Assembly (NCBI GenBank): GCA_035307765.1
Contig: DATGHU010000041.1
Location: forward strand, 22,089-86,088
Source: a bacterium
Lineage (GTDB): Bacteria; Sysuimicrobiota; Sysuimicrobiia; Sysuimicrobiales; Segetimicrobiaceae
Direction: 5' to 3'
DNA: 64,000 nt
Position 1 is the first letter of the stretch, and the number at the start of each line of letters is the position of its first letter. A program made the position numbers and the translations under genes. The notes beneath the pieces were generated by a model. It saw only the letters and a program-made list of their open reading frames with translations. It did no database searches and was not told the origin of the DNA. Of this stretch, positions 26,706 through 36,002 are shown piece after piece.

Positions 26706-28277
26706 CTACTGGCGGGCGATCGCCGCCCGTTGGCCCCGCAGGACGTACTTCTGGATCTTGCCGGTGGCCGTTCGGGGCAAGTCGTCGACGAACCGGAACG
26801 TCTTCGGAACCTTGAAGTGGGCCAAGCGGTCGCGGGCAAACTGCCGCAGTTCCCCCTCCGTGGACTCTGCGCCCGCCCTGAGGACCACGAAGGCGTGCGG
26901 CGCCTCTCCCCATTCCTCATCGGGAAGCCCGACGACCGCGACTTCCTGCACCGCCGGATGTCGAAGCAGCGTTCCCTCGACCTCGACCGAGGAGATGTTC
27001 TCTCCACCGCTGATGATGACGTCCTTGATGCGGTCGCGGATCTCGACGTATCCGTCCGGGTGGACCACGGCGGCGTCCCCGGTGCGGAACCAACCATCTC
27101 GCATCACGGCGCTCGTGGCCGCGGGATCGTTGAAGTATCCCTGCATCACCACATTGCCCCGAACCCGGATCTCCCCCATCGTCTGCCCATCGGGCGCGAC
27201 TTCCTGGCCCTCGCTGTCGACGACACACAGCTCCCCCGAGGTGACGAGCTCCACCCCCTGCCGAGCCTTGATCGCCGCACGCTCATCGGGGGAGAGCCGG
27301 GCGTGCTCCGGCCTGGGTTCAGAGACGGTGATGAACGGGGACGTTTCCGTCAAGCCGTAGACGTGGGTGATATTCCATCCCAGCTCGCCTTCGATGCGGG
27401 CGATCGTGGCGGCGGCTGGCGGTGCCCCGGCCGTGACCACCCGGACGCCGGACGGGGCGGTCCGCCGCAGCTCCTCCGGCGCATTCGCGAGTCGGATCAG
27501 GACCGTTGGGGCCGCGCACAGCATGGTGACCCCGTCGTCGGCACAGCGCCGGTACACTTGGTCAGGCTCGACCCGGCGGAGGCAGATATGGGTGCCCCCA
27601 ACCGCCGTGACGATCCAGACGAATGTCCATCCATTGGCGTGAAACATCGGCAGCGTCCAGAGATAGCGATCGGCCGGGGACATGTGAATGTGCACGAGGG
27701 TGCCGACGACGTTCAGGTAGGCGTTGCGGTGGGTGATCATCACGCCTTTCGGGCGTGCGGTCGTGCCGCTCGTATAGTTGATCGTGAGCAGGTCGGTTTC
27801 CGCGATCGGCGGGCGGACGAAATCTGCGCGGGACTGCTGGAGGAGGTCCTCGTAGTCCAGCCAGTGCTCGCGTCTGCCCTCCAACGCCACGAAATGGTCG
27901 ACCGTCGGGAGTGAGGATCGGATGCGGTCCACCGTGTCCAGGTGATCGACGTGGGCGCAGACGACCCGCGCGCCGCTGTGGTTGAGGATGTACGCGAAGT
28001 CGTCGGTGCTCAGCCGGTAGTTGATCGGAACGAGGACCGCTCCGATCTGCGGCACCGCGTAGAAGGATTCCAGCTGCGCGTGGGTGTTGGGTGCGATGTA
28101 CGCGACCCGGTCCCCCTGCCGCACTCCCATCCGTTGCAGCTCCGCCGACCAGCAATCGCAGCGCCGAAAGAACTGCTCGTAGGTGAGGCGCACGTCGCCG
28201 TCGATCACCGCCTCACGCTGGGGGTACAGGCGGCGCGCGCGGCGCGCGAACTCCAGCGGAGTCAGAGGTATCTCCAT
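26706..28277 (-). CDS. AMP-dependent acyl-CoA synthetase/ligase
   Basis: YTSGTTARPKGV (AMP-binding signature), YGLTET, GWFRTGD and TATGKIQK are present. Confidence 0.9.
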   Translation of the reverse strand: MEIPLTPLEFARRARRLYPQREAVIDGDVRLTYEQFFRRCDCWSAELQRMGVRQGDRVAYIAPNTHAQLESFYAVPQIGAVLVPINYRLSTDDFAYILNHSGARVVCAHVDHLDTVDRIRSSLPTVDHFVALEGRREHWLDYEDLLQQSRADFVRPPIAETDLLTINYTSGTTARPKGVMITHRNAYLNVVGTLVHIHMSPADRYLWTLPMFHANGWTFVWIVTAVGGTHICLRRVEPDQVYRRCADDGVTMLCAAPTVLIRLANAPEELRRTAPSGVRVVTAGAPPAAATIARIEGELGWNITHVYGLTETSPFITVSEPRPEHARLSPDERAAIKARQGVELVTSGELCVVDSEGQEVAPDGQTMGEIRVRGNVVMQGYFNDPAATSAVMRDGWFRTGDAAVVHPDGYVEIRDRIKDVIISGGENISSVEVEGTLLRHPAVQEVAVVGLPDEEWGEAPHAFVVLRAGAESTEGELRQFARDRLAHFKVPKTFRFVDDLPRTATGKIQKYVLRGQRAAIARQ

Positions 28278-28593
28278 GCTCGGTACCTCCCCCTGCCTCG
28301 CGTTCGTTCAGGCTGAGGGCGACGTTCGGTGGTGTCGCCCCCGATTCCTCGATCCCTCCGCGTCCCGTGCACGGCACCCGATCCCCCAGCGGAGGGCAGG
28401 AGGCCCCTGTCGGTCGACGGGCCGGGCGTATGACGGGTATCTGCAGGGAAGGCCATGACCGCACGGCCCCGGTCGGCGCAGGCTTCCCCAGCCCGCAGCC
28501 GATCCCGCGCGGGATCTCGCGCGGTCCGACGGCAGCGGACCTCCGCCGGTTGGCCCAGAATACGGATGAGGAGAACCGAGAAGAGGTGCGCCC

Positions 28594-30111
28594 GTGCCGA
28601 GGATTCTCCTGGTCGAATGCATGCAGGAAATCTCATCGTTCAACCCCGTCCCCAGCGAATATGAAAACTTTGCCGTCCGCCGCGGCAGCGCCCTGCTCGC
28701 GCAGCGGGGGCGGAACACGGCGATGGGCGGTGCGGTCGGTGAGTTCGGCGAGCGCGCCGACGTGCAGGTGGTGCCGGCCTACAGCGCGCGCGCCGGAAGC
28801 GCGGGTCTCCTCTCGCGGACGGGGTGGGCGCGGCTGTCGGACGAGATCCTCACCGCGATCGGCGAGCATGCCTCCGCGATCGACGGTGTGTACTTTTCGA
28901 TGCACGGCGCCATGGGTGCCGATGGGGAGCTCGATCCCGAGGGCTACCTGCTGGCGGGGATGCGGCGCCTCGTCGGGGACAAGATCCCTGTGGTCATCTC
29001 ACTCGACCTGCACGGCATCCTCACCGAGCGGATGCTCCGTCACATCGACGGCCTGGCCGTCTACCACACCTACCCACATGTCGATTTCGCCGATACCGGC
29101 GCCCGTGCGGCTCGCCTGTTGATGGAGATCATCGACCGAAGGCTCACCCCCCTGATCACGCGGGTGGTGATTCCCGCTCTGGTGCGCGGCGACGAGCTCA
29201 TCACCAAGTCGGGATGCTATGGGGAGGTCATCCGGGAGGCCCAGCGTCTCGAGCGCGAGCGCCGGGCGCTCGCGGCGGGGGTCATGATCGGCAATCCCTT
29301 CACCGACGTGCCTGAGCTCTGCAGCCAAGCGGTGGTGGTCGTCGAACGCCATGCCGACCTGGCGAGTGCCGAGGCGGCCCGACTGGCCGAGGGGTTCTGG
29401 GCGCAGCGCTTCCGGATGCAGGCGAAACTCATCGCGCTCGACCGGGCGATCGCCCAAGCCCGCCACATCCGCGGGCCGGTGATCTTCACCGATGCCGCCG
29501 ACGCGACCTCGTCAGGGGCAACCGGCGACAGCAACGCGATCCTTGCCGGGTTGCTGGCGGCGAAGTATGGGGGGCGGGTGCTCTTGCCGATCGTCGATCC
29601 CCCGGCGGTCGCCGCCGCGTTCCGGGTCGGGGTGGGGGCCACCCTACGCGTCGCGCTCGGAGGCGCTTTGGACAGGCGCTTCACGCCCGTCGAGCTTACG
29701 GTGACCGTGGAGATGCTCTCCGATGGTCACGCCACGCTCGAAACCAGCGGCAGTGCGCTTGAGGCCGGCCCCACCGCCGTGCTCGTGGGCGACAACTTCA
29801 CCATCGTGGCGATGACCCGGTCCGTCAGCCTCTTCGATCGCGCGATGTTCCTGGCCCATGGCCGCGATCCCAAGGCCTACGACTTGATCGTCGTGAAATC
29901 ACCTCACTGCGAATACCACATGTACGATCAGTGGGCGGAGGTGGATTTCAACATCGATGCCCCCGGTGCAACCAGCGCCAACCTGCAATCGCTGGGGCAT
30001 CGGATCTGCCGGCGGCCGATCTTCCCTCTGGACGCCGACGTGCCCTTCACGCCCCGCCCGCAGGTCTTCGCGCGGGGCCGGCGGGAGGGGGGAGCGGTCA
30101 CCCCCCCGTAG
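28594..30111 (+). CDS. M81 family metallopeptidase (MlrC-like)
   Basis: RILLVECMQEISSFNPVP opens the protein, then GVYFSMHGAM and SLDLHGILTERM. The overall 505-aa two-domain layout is typical of MlrC/DUF1485 proteins. Start is GTG 28594. Confidence 0.8.
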   Translation: MPRILLVECMQEISSFNPVPSEYENFAVRRGSALLAQRGRNTAMGGAVGEFGERADVQVVPAYSARAGSAGLLSRTGWARLSDEILTAIGEHASAIDGVYFSMHGAMGADGELDPEGYLLAGMRRLVGDKIPVVISLDLHGILTERMLRHIDGLAVYHTYPHVDFADTGARAARLLMEIIDRRLTPLITRVVIPALVRGDELITKSGCYGEVIREAQRLERERRALAAGVMIGNPFTDVPELCSQAVVVVERHADLASAEAARLAEGFWAQRFRMQAKLIALDRAIAQARHIRGPVIFTDAADATSSGATGDSNAILAGLLAAKYGGRVLLPIVDPPAVAAAFRVGVGATLRVALGGALDRRFTPVELTVTVEMLSDGHATLETSGSALEAGPTAVLVGDNFTIVAMTRSVSLFDRAMFLAHGRDPKAYDLIVVKSPHCEYHMYDQWAEVDFNIDAPGATSANLQSLGHRICRRPIFPLDADVPFTPRPQVFARGRREGGAVTPP

Positions 30112-30700
30112 CGAACCGCGCCATGATGAAGATGATCACAAACTGGAGGACCGCCTGGCTTGCCACGATCTTGATGTACCACCCCATCAGGCGCTTGATC
30201 CGCTCACCGTCCGGCCGATCATTGCACATTTCGAAGTATACCTGGAGGTTGATGGGCAGGAGGAACCCCAGCCCCTGGACCGTCATCACGGCGACGATGG
30301 CCAGCGCGACCCACAGCCACATCATCTGCGGATAGGGGAGGTGGAAGAGACCCAGCCACGAGGCCATGTACCACCCGGCGGTCGTGGTGACGGTAGAGAC
30401 CGTGGGCATGTAGAAGAGCATCCGGGGCATCAGGCGGGTGATGATGGCCCGGCGTGTCGGGAAGTCCACGCGTCTGAGAATCGGCCCGAGGATGAACCCC
30501 ATGAAGATGTCCGTCCCGGTCCAGAGGATCGCGGCGAAGACGTGCACGTAGTTGAGAAACCAGAGGGTGCGGCTCTGGATGGCCGCCACCAGCGCGGCGA
30601 CGGGGATGACGATCCACCAGTTGGCCCGCAGGGAGATGCGGGGAAGCTCATCGGCCGCGCGCGGGGGAAGGATCGCGCTGGCCTGCCCGAGGCTGTTCAT
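30098..30700 (-). CDS. hypothetical integral membrane protein (about 4-5 TM)
   Basis: 200-aa ORF with a GGGGGTG SD, hydrophobic helices and no motif I recognise. Its 3' end overlaps the convergent MlrC-like gene by 14 nt. Confidence 0.6.
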   Translation of the reverse strand: MNSLGQASAILPPRAADELPRISLRANWWIVIPVAALVAAIQSRTLWFLNYVHVFAAILWTGTDIFMGFILGPILRRVDFPTRRAIITRLMPRMLFYMPTVSTVTTTAGWYMASWLGLFHLPYPQMMWLWVALAIVAVMTVQGLGFLLPINLQVYFEMCNDRPDGERIKRLMGWYIKIVASQAVLQFVIIFIMARFATGG

Positions 30701-30778
30701 GACACCCCCGAAAGCAACGTCCGGAGGCCGTCGCCCGGCGACGGTCTACGACAACGTCTCCAGATCAACGATCCGCGG

Positions 30779-30949
30779 CTAGGCCTTGCGGGTGGCGTCG
30801 AGCACGACGGCCACGGCCATGATCGCGATCCCCAACCAGGTGAGCCGGAGGCCGGGGATCACGGTTGCCAGCAACGTGCCCAGGCCCAAGCCGAACAAGC
30901 TGTGCATCTGCACGTGAGGCGTGAAGCAGGACTTCATCTTCTCGCTCAT
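30779..30949 (-). CDS. hypothetical 56-aa two-helix membrane protein (not in the ORF track, below its size cut-off)
   Basis: My own translation: MSEKMKSCFTPHVQMHSLFGLGLGTLLATVIPGLRLTWLGIAIMAVAVVLDATRKA, ending at TAG. GAGGGAGGG lies 6 nt before the ATG. Third positions are G/C-rich. Same strand as the 200-aa membrane gene. Confidence 0.45.
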   Translation of the reverse strand: MSEKMKSCFTPHVQMHSLFGLGLGTLLATVIPGLRLTWLGIAIMAVAVVLDATRKA

Positions 30950-31053
30950 CGGTTTCCCTCCCTCAGATGCCGGTCGATCGCGTTAACCATACCCTTCCAG
31001 GGACCCCGCAGTCAATGCGCCACGCGCGCTCCCCGCAGGCCTGACGGGGAGCG

Positions 31054-32583
31054 TCAGGGTCGCGGCTTGAGCCCGTAGATCTCCCCGAACTTCTCCTGCA
31101 GGTACCGGATGTACGGCTCAGGAGTCATGGTGCTGCCCGTGGCTCGGCGGAGAAGGTCTTTCGGGAAGAACTTTCGGCCGTGCGCGTGCACGTGGTCCCG
31201 AAGCCAGGCCAGGAGCGGGCGGAACTCGCCCCGTCGGATCTGGTCCGGCAGGTCCGGGTGCACCCTCAGGGCGGCGTCGAACAGCTGCACGGACACGACA
31301 TTGCCGATCGTATACGAGGGGAAGTAGCCAAACCCCATGCCCGACCAGTGGATATCCTGCATGACGCCGTCCGCGTCGGTGGGAGGGGTGATGCCGAGAT
31401 ACGCCTGCATCTTGGCTTCCCAGGCGTCGGGGAGATCCTGGACGTTGAGCTCGCCCGCTACGAGCGCCTGCTCGAGTTCAAATCGGACCATGATGTGCAG
31501 GTTGTAGGTGACCTCGTCCGCCTCGACCCGGATTAGGCTCCGCCGCACCCGATTCACGGCGCGATAAAAGGTGTTCGCATCCACCCCGGCCAGTTGGTTC
31601 GAAAACAGCTCCTGCATTTTGGGAAACGCGTATTCCCAGAACGTTCGGCTCCGACCGATGAGATTTTCCCAGAGGCGCGATTGGGATTCGTGGATGCCGT
31701 TGCTCGCGCCGTCGGCGAGGAGCGTGCGGTCGAGCGCCGGCGCGGTCCCCTGAGAGTACATCGCGTGCCCCGACTCGTGGAAGATGCCGAAGATCGCGCC
31801 CAGCAAGCGGGGCGGATAGCGGGTGGTGATGCGGACGTCGTCTCGGCTGATCCCGGTCGAGAAGGGGTGGGGGGAGGTGTCCAGTCGTCCGCGATCGGTG
31901 TCGTAGCCGAAGGCGGTGATGATGGAGAGGGCGAACTTCCGCTGTTCTGCCTGCGGGTACTCCTGATCGAGGATGCCAGGGTTGACCGTATCCCCCCGGT
32001 CGGCGATCGCCTCGACGAGCGGAACCGTGACTTCCCGCAGGCGGTTGAAGAGGGTGGCGACGTCGCGCGTAGTAGTCTCCGGTTCATACGTGTCCAGCAG
32101 GGCGTCGTAGGGGTGCGCGGCGTAGCCCAGGTACTCCGCCGTGCGCCGGGCGAACTCCACCATGCGCTCCAGGTGAGGGCGGAACAGGCGGAAGTCGTTC
32201 GCGGGTCTGGCCTTCCGCCAGATCTCGGTGCTCTCCGATGCCGCGCGCGCTCGGTCCGCGACAAACTCGGCGGGGAGCTTTCGGGCGCGGTCGAGGTCCC
32301 GGCGAGCTATCCTCAGCAGCGTCGCTTCGTCCGATCCTGGATCGAGTGTCTCGAGAAGTGGTTCGGCAGCGTCCAGGAGCTCCTGGGTCTTTGCCGCCAC
32401 GAACCGCTCGTGGGCGATGCGTGACAACGTGGACAGCTGCCGGGCTCGGGTCGGCCCTCCACCCGGCGGCATCTGGGTCTCCTGATCCCAGCTCAGGAGG
32501 GCCATCGACGATCGGATGTCGACGATGACCGCGAGGTGCTCTTTCAGAGCCTCGAGGGCTTGCGCCGCGGCGGGATCAACCAT
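31054..32583 (-). CDS. M32 family carboxypeptidase (Taq-type)
   Basis: HESGHAMY (HExxH), IHESQSRLWEN, IRVEADEVTYNLH and DIHWS are M32 hallmarks. Confidence 0.9.
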   Translation of the reverse strand: MVDPAAAQALEALKEHLAVIVDIRSSMALLSWDQETQMPPGGGPTRARQLSTLSRIAHERFVAAKTQELLDAAEPLLETLDPGSDEATLLRIARRDLDRARKLPAEFVADRARAASESTEIWRKARPANDFRLFRPHLERMVEFARRTAEYLGYAAHPYDALLDTYEPETTTRDVATLFNRLREVTVPLVEAIADRGDTVNPGILDQEYPQAEQRKFALSIITAFGYDTDRGRLDTSPHPFSTGISRDDVRITTRYPPRLLGAIFGIFHESGHAMYSQGTAPALDRTLLADGASNGIHESQSRLWENLIGRSRTFWEYAFPKMQELFSNQLAGVDANTFYRAVNRVRRSLIRVEADEVTYNLHIMVRFELEQALVAGELNVQDLPDAWEAKMQAYLGITPPTDADGVMQDIHWSGMGFGYFPSYTIGNVVSVQLFDAALRVHPDLPDQIRRGEFRPLLAWLRDHVHAHGRKFFPKDLLRRATGSTMTPEPYIRYLQEKFGEIYGLKPRP

Positions 32584-32658
32584 GCGAAGGGGTTCCGTCC
32601 GGTGGGTTTGCTGGGGCGGGGCCGGTCGAAAGGACCACTTGCTGGGCTCGAACGCGCC

Positions 32659-33102
32659 CTAGATGGCGAGGTCCGGGGTGGTCGTCGCGATGAGGCTGAC
32701 CACCATCTCGTGGAGGCGGCGGTACGCCTCTTTGGTGCGCATCGCCGCCAGGCCGTCGCGGCTGGCCCCGTACCCCCCTCGGCAGATCACGGCCCCGTGC
32801 GGGTCGTCGGCCTCCTGGCGGAGGCCCTCCATGATCGTCTGAATCGTCTCCCGATATAGCTTGTTCTCCTCGGCGATCTTCTGCAGGCGTCCGGCGAGAT
32901 CGTCCCGCTCGCCGCCGCTCCACTCGAAGGTGAGGCCGTACTTGTCGCGGTAGCCGACGGTCCACAGATCGAGCGCCCGACGCAGCATCGCCAGACACGC
33001 GCAGAACGCCCACTGCCGGAGGCACGCATCGGCTTCCCAGAGCGCGTGTACGATCGCCTCCCTCGCAGTGACTCTCCGGAGGTCCCACTGCCCCATCGTC
33101 AT
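32659..33102 (-). CDS. hypothetical helical protein, DUF4145-like (tentative)
   Basis: AGGTGG lies 6 nt before ATG 33102. The 147 aa include ...ACLRQWAFCACLAMLRRALDLW...LAGRLQKIAEENKLYRETIQTIMEGLRQEADDPHG. From memory this resembles the DUF4145 pattern (helix with a.mlRraLE, then l..lr..GN.aaH). It is in frame with the upstream integrase stub. Confidence 0.4.
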   Translation of the reverse strand: MTMGQWDLRRVTAREAIVHALWEADACLRQWAFCACLAMLRRALDLWTVGYRDKYGLTFEWSGGERDDLAGRLQKIAEENKLYRETIQTIMEGLRQEADDPHGAVICRGGYGASRDGLAAMRTKEAYRRLHEMVVSLIATTTPDLAI

Positions 33103-33744
33103 TGCATTCCACCTCACGGCCGCCGCGGGGGTCGGTTGGGGGGGGAGGACCTTACCGTTGCCGTAGAGGAGGGTCCGGACGGCGCTGCCTCGCTCCGGCG
33201 CCGGCGGTTCGTCCTCGACGGACTCGAAGACCGAACGAAGTTCGCCCCGCGACAGCGCGCGACCCGAGGGTCCGGCGCCGACACGGACGGCGGTCGCCTC
33301 GCGGAGGCGCCGGTAATCCTCGGCCGCGATGAGGCCGAGCCGCCAGCATTCCCGGAGCACGCCGCGTAATGCGCCGAGCATGCGGTTTGCCTCCGCCGCG
33401 CTGTAGCGCGTCATCAACGCGCCGCGAATCTGGGCGATGTGGGTCTCCCTGAGGAGGTGCCAGGCCAGGGTGTCCGCGGTGCCCTGTCCCAGGGTAAGGA
33501 AGGAGGCGATCTTGTCGAAGGAGTCGCGCGCCGCGGCGCGTGCGCGCGGTGTCCGATCGGTCAGGTAGACCTCCACCGGATGACGGTCGGTCGGCGGCCG
33601 TTCGACCAAGAGCAGTTCGGCCTCCCCAGGTGTCCGCTCGGTTCCCACGCCCGTTGTCTCTCCGATCGATCTGTGACGACCGAGCCCTCGTGTGTGAAAA
33701 TGGTCCACAGCGGCCGCCTTTGGTACCCGCTGATTGCCGTGCAA
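33103..33744 (-). pseudogene. tyrosine recombinase/integrase, N-terminal (SAM-like/core-binding) stub without catalytic domain
   Basis: VEVYLTDRTPRARAAARDSFDKIASFL...WHLLRETHIAQIRGAL..YSAAEANRMLGALRGVLRECWRLGLIAAEDYRRL...GRALSRGELRSVF...LLYGNG matches integrase N-domains. Similarity ends where the first catalytic Arg box (LLYGxGLRxxE) should continue. Confidence 0.55.
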
Positions 33745-33828
33745 TCAGCAGCACCATACGCCGTCTGCCGTGGAGGCCACTTTTTTGAGCTGGATGTTGG
33801 ACTGATTCGTGAGATCGTGGCGAGAGTC

Positions 33829-34845
33829 CTAGCACCCGCCGATGGGTTTATTTGGGGCACGGGCGAGCCGCGGGAACAGTCGTTCGGCCGTTCGGCCGAG
33901 GATGCCGGCGACCGCAGCCTCGGGAAGGTCGAGGGCGTGCACGGTGCGCAGGGCGGCGGCAATATCACCGATCACGTGGGGATAGTCCGTCCCCATCACG
34001 ACGTGATCCGGCCCGACCGCCCCCAGGGCGCACTGCAGCGAGGGGACGGAAAAGGAGACAGTGTCGTAGAAGAGGCGCGTGAGATAATGGCTGGGCGGGT
34101 GCGGAATCGCCTCGCGCGCCTCCGGGTAGGCCCGGTAGCCGTTGTCGAGTCGCTGCATGAGGTACGGGAGGGTCCCGCCGAGGTGCCCGAGGATCATCGT
34201 GAGCTTGGGCAGTCGCTCGAAGACCCCCGCCAGCGCCATTCGCGCGACGCTGGCCGAGGTGTTGAAGACGAAGCCCAGCAGCGGGACGAGCCCGCGGCCG
34301 AAGGTGGCATCCGCATCCGCCGGCGGCATGGGGTGGACGAGGATCGGAACCTCGAGAGATTGCGCCCGCTCGAAGAATGGGAGGAACGCCGGATCGTCGA
34401 GGTAGCGGCCCCCGACGTTACTGCCGACGACCGCCCCGACCATCCCCAACTCGAGGACCGCTCGGTCAAGTTCTTGAACCGCTGCGTCGGGATCCGAGAG
34501 CGGGACGCTCGCCAGGGCGGCAAACTTGGCAGGATAGCGTCGGGTGAGATCGGTCAGCCCGTCGTTGGCCATGCGTGCCAGGTCCCGCCGGTGCTCGGGA
34601 GGGCCGAAGTACACGTTCGGGATCGTGACCGAGATGATCTGGAAATCGATCCCGAGCCGCGCCATGTCGCGAAGGCGGTCTTCGGGACTGGTCATCTCCT
34701 GGGTCATTGTCACGATGCGGGCACCGTGCAGCGTGAGGATCGTGCGCCCGTCGGCGTCGCGTCCGATCGCGTACGGGTCCGGTCCCCGCTGGAGACGCTC
34801 GAGATACCCGGGCGGGAAAAAGTGCGTGTGCACGTCGATGATCAT
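33829..34845 (-). CDS. amidohydrolase_2 family protein (ACMSD/decarboxylase-like)
   Basis: AGGGGGA lies before ATG 34845. MIIDVHTHFFPPGYLE opens the protein and GTDYPH lies near the C-terminus. Confidence 0.85.
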   Translation of the reverse strand: MIIDVHTHFFPPGYLERLQRGPDPYAIGRDADGRTILTLHGARIVTMTQEMTSPEDRLRDMARLGIDFQIISVTIPNVYFGPPEHRRDLARMANDGLTDLTRRYPAKFAALASVPLSDPDAAVQELDRAVLELGMVGAVVGSNVGGRYLDDPAFLPFFERAQSLEVPILVHPMPPADADATFGRGLVPLLGFVFNTSASVARMALAGVFERLPKLTMILGHLGGTLPYLMQRLDNGYRAYPEAREAIPHPPSHYLTRLFYDTVSFSVPSLQCALGAVGPDHVVMGTDYPHVIGDIAAALRTVHALDLPEAAVAGILGRTAERLFPRLARAPNKPIGGC

Positions 34846-34938
34846 CCGTTCCCCCTGGTGGTGCGGTTTCCACCGACTTCAGCTCGTCGATCGCCCCGAC
34901 AGGGCCGCTGGGCGTGCCAACGGCAAGCGCGCGGACGG

Positions 34939-35958
34939 TCACGCCGGACTGGGCTCCGCGCGCCGGGCGAGGACGCGGCGAAGGTTTCCTTCGTCGATCA
35001 TCCGGCGCTGGTCGGGGGGAATCGCGCACGCGTCAAGCGCGGCGATCGTCTCCCGAATGTACCGGCTCCCCCCTTCAACGTCGAACGGGGTGTCCGTGCC
35101 GAACAGGACCCGGTCGGGTGGGAAATAGTCCAGGCCGCAGCGGACCCCGTGCGGGGCACCGAACAGCGCCGTGTCCGCGTAGAACCGTGGAAAGTACCAC
35201 TGCGGGGGATGCGCGAGCCTGACCGGCAACTGTTCCACACGATCTTCCGGGCTCCGGGAGCCGAACTGGTCGTAGCCGCCGCTGATCCGACCCGAACAAA
35301 AGGGCGCCATCGCCCCCATGTGATGCGTGATGATCACGGCATCGGGATGGCGGTCGAACAGCCCCGTGAAGATCAGGCGGGTCATCGCAACCGTCGTCTC
35401 GTACGGCCACCCAAAGATCTGCCAGACGTCGTAACGGGAGGTCTTCTCCTCTGCGTAGTCCGGATGGTCCGCTGCGCGCGCCGGGTGAAGAAAGATCGGG
35501 AGGCGCCTGCGCAGCGCTTCTTCGATGACGGCGAGGGTGCCGGGTTCGTCTAGCGGGCGGGTGGCCGCGTTGGAGTAAATCTGCACCCCGATGAGCCTCA
35601 GGTCGCGGTCGACCCGATCGAGCTCGCGAAGGCTGGCGTCCGGATTGTTGAGCGGGAGCCCGCCGAACGCGCCGGCAAAGCGGTCAGGGTGCGAGGCGAC
35701 GAGGTCGGCGAGTTCGTCATTGGCCGCCCGCGCGAGGTCCGGGGTGGCGTCGGCCGGGCCCAGCCGGTCGATGGGCGGAATGGCGAGCGACAGCACCTGC
35801 TGGTACTCGGGGAATCCGTCCATGATCCGGAACCGTGTATCGAGATTCCACAGACAGGGGATCCCCTTGACGCGCCGGGACATGTAGAATCCCGGGAAGT
35901 GTTGGAGCCGGGCAAAGTACCCATCGGGGAGAATGTGGGCGGCAACATCGATCCGCAC
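34939..35958 (-). CDS. amidohydrolase_2 family protein (second paralogue)
   Basis: Start is taken at GTG 35958 (VRIDVAAHILPDGYF...). FLHPARA, HHMGAM and LFGTDTPF are present. The remaining upstream part of track ORF 34939..37371 is antisense to the SnoaL-like gene (36003..36392) and to pyrB and was discarded. Confidence 0.8.
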   Translation of the reverse strand: MRIDVAAHILPDGYFARLQHFPGFYMSRRVKGIPCLWNLDTRFRIMDGFPEYQQVLSLAIPPIDRLGPADATPDLARAANDELADLVASHPDRFAGAFGGLPLNNPDASLRELDRVDRDLRLIGVQIYSNAATRPLDEPGTLAVIEEALRRRLPIFLHPARAADHPDYAEEKTSRYDVWQIFGWPYETTVAMTRLIFTGLFDRHPDAVIITHHMGAMAPFCSGRISGGYDQFGSRSPEDRVEQLPVRLAHPPQWYFPRFYADTALFGAPHGVRCGLDYFPPDRVLFGTDTPFDVEGGSRYIRETIAALDACAIPPDQRRMIDEGNLRRVLARRAEPSPA

Positions 35959-36002
35959 GAAGGCTGGTCTACGGCGGGGCCCCGGGAAACCCCTGCCGTG
36001 CC

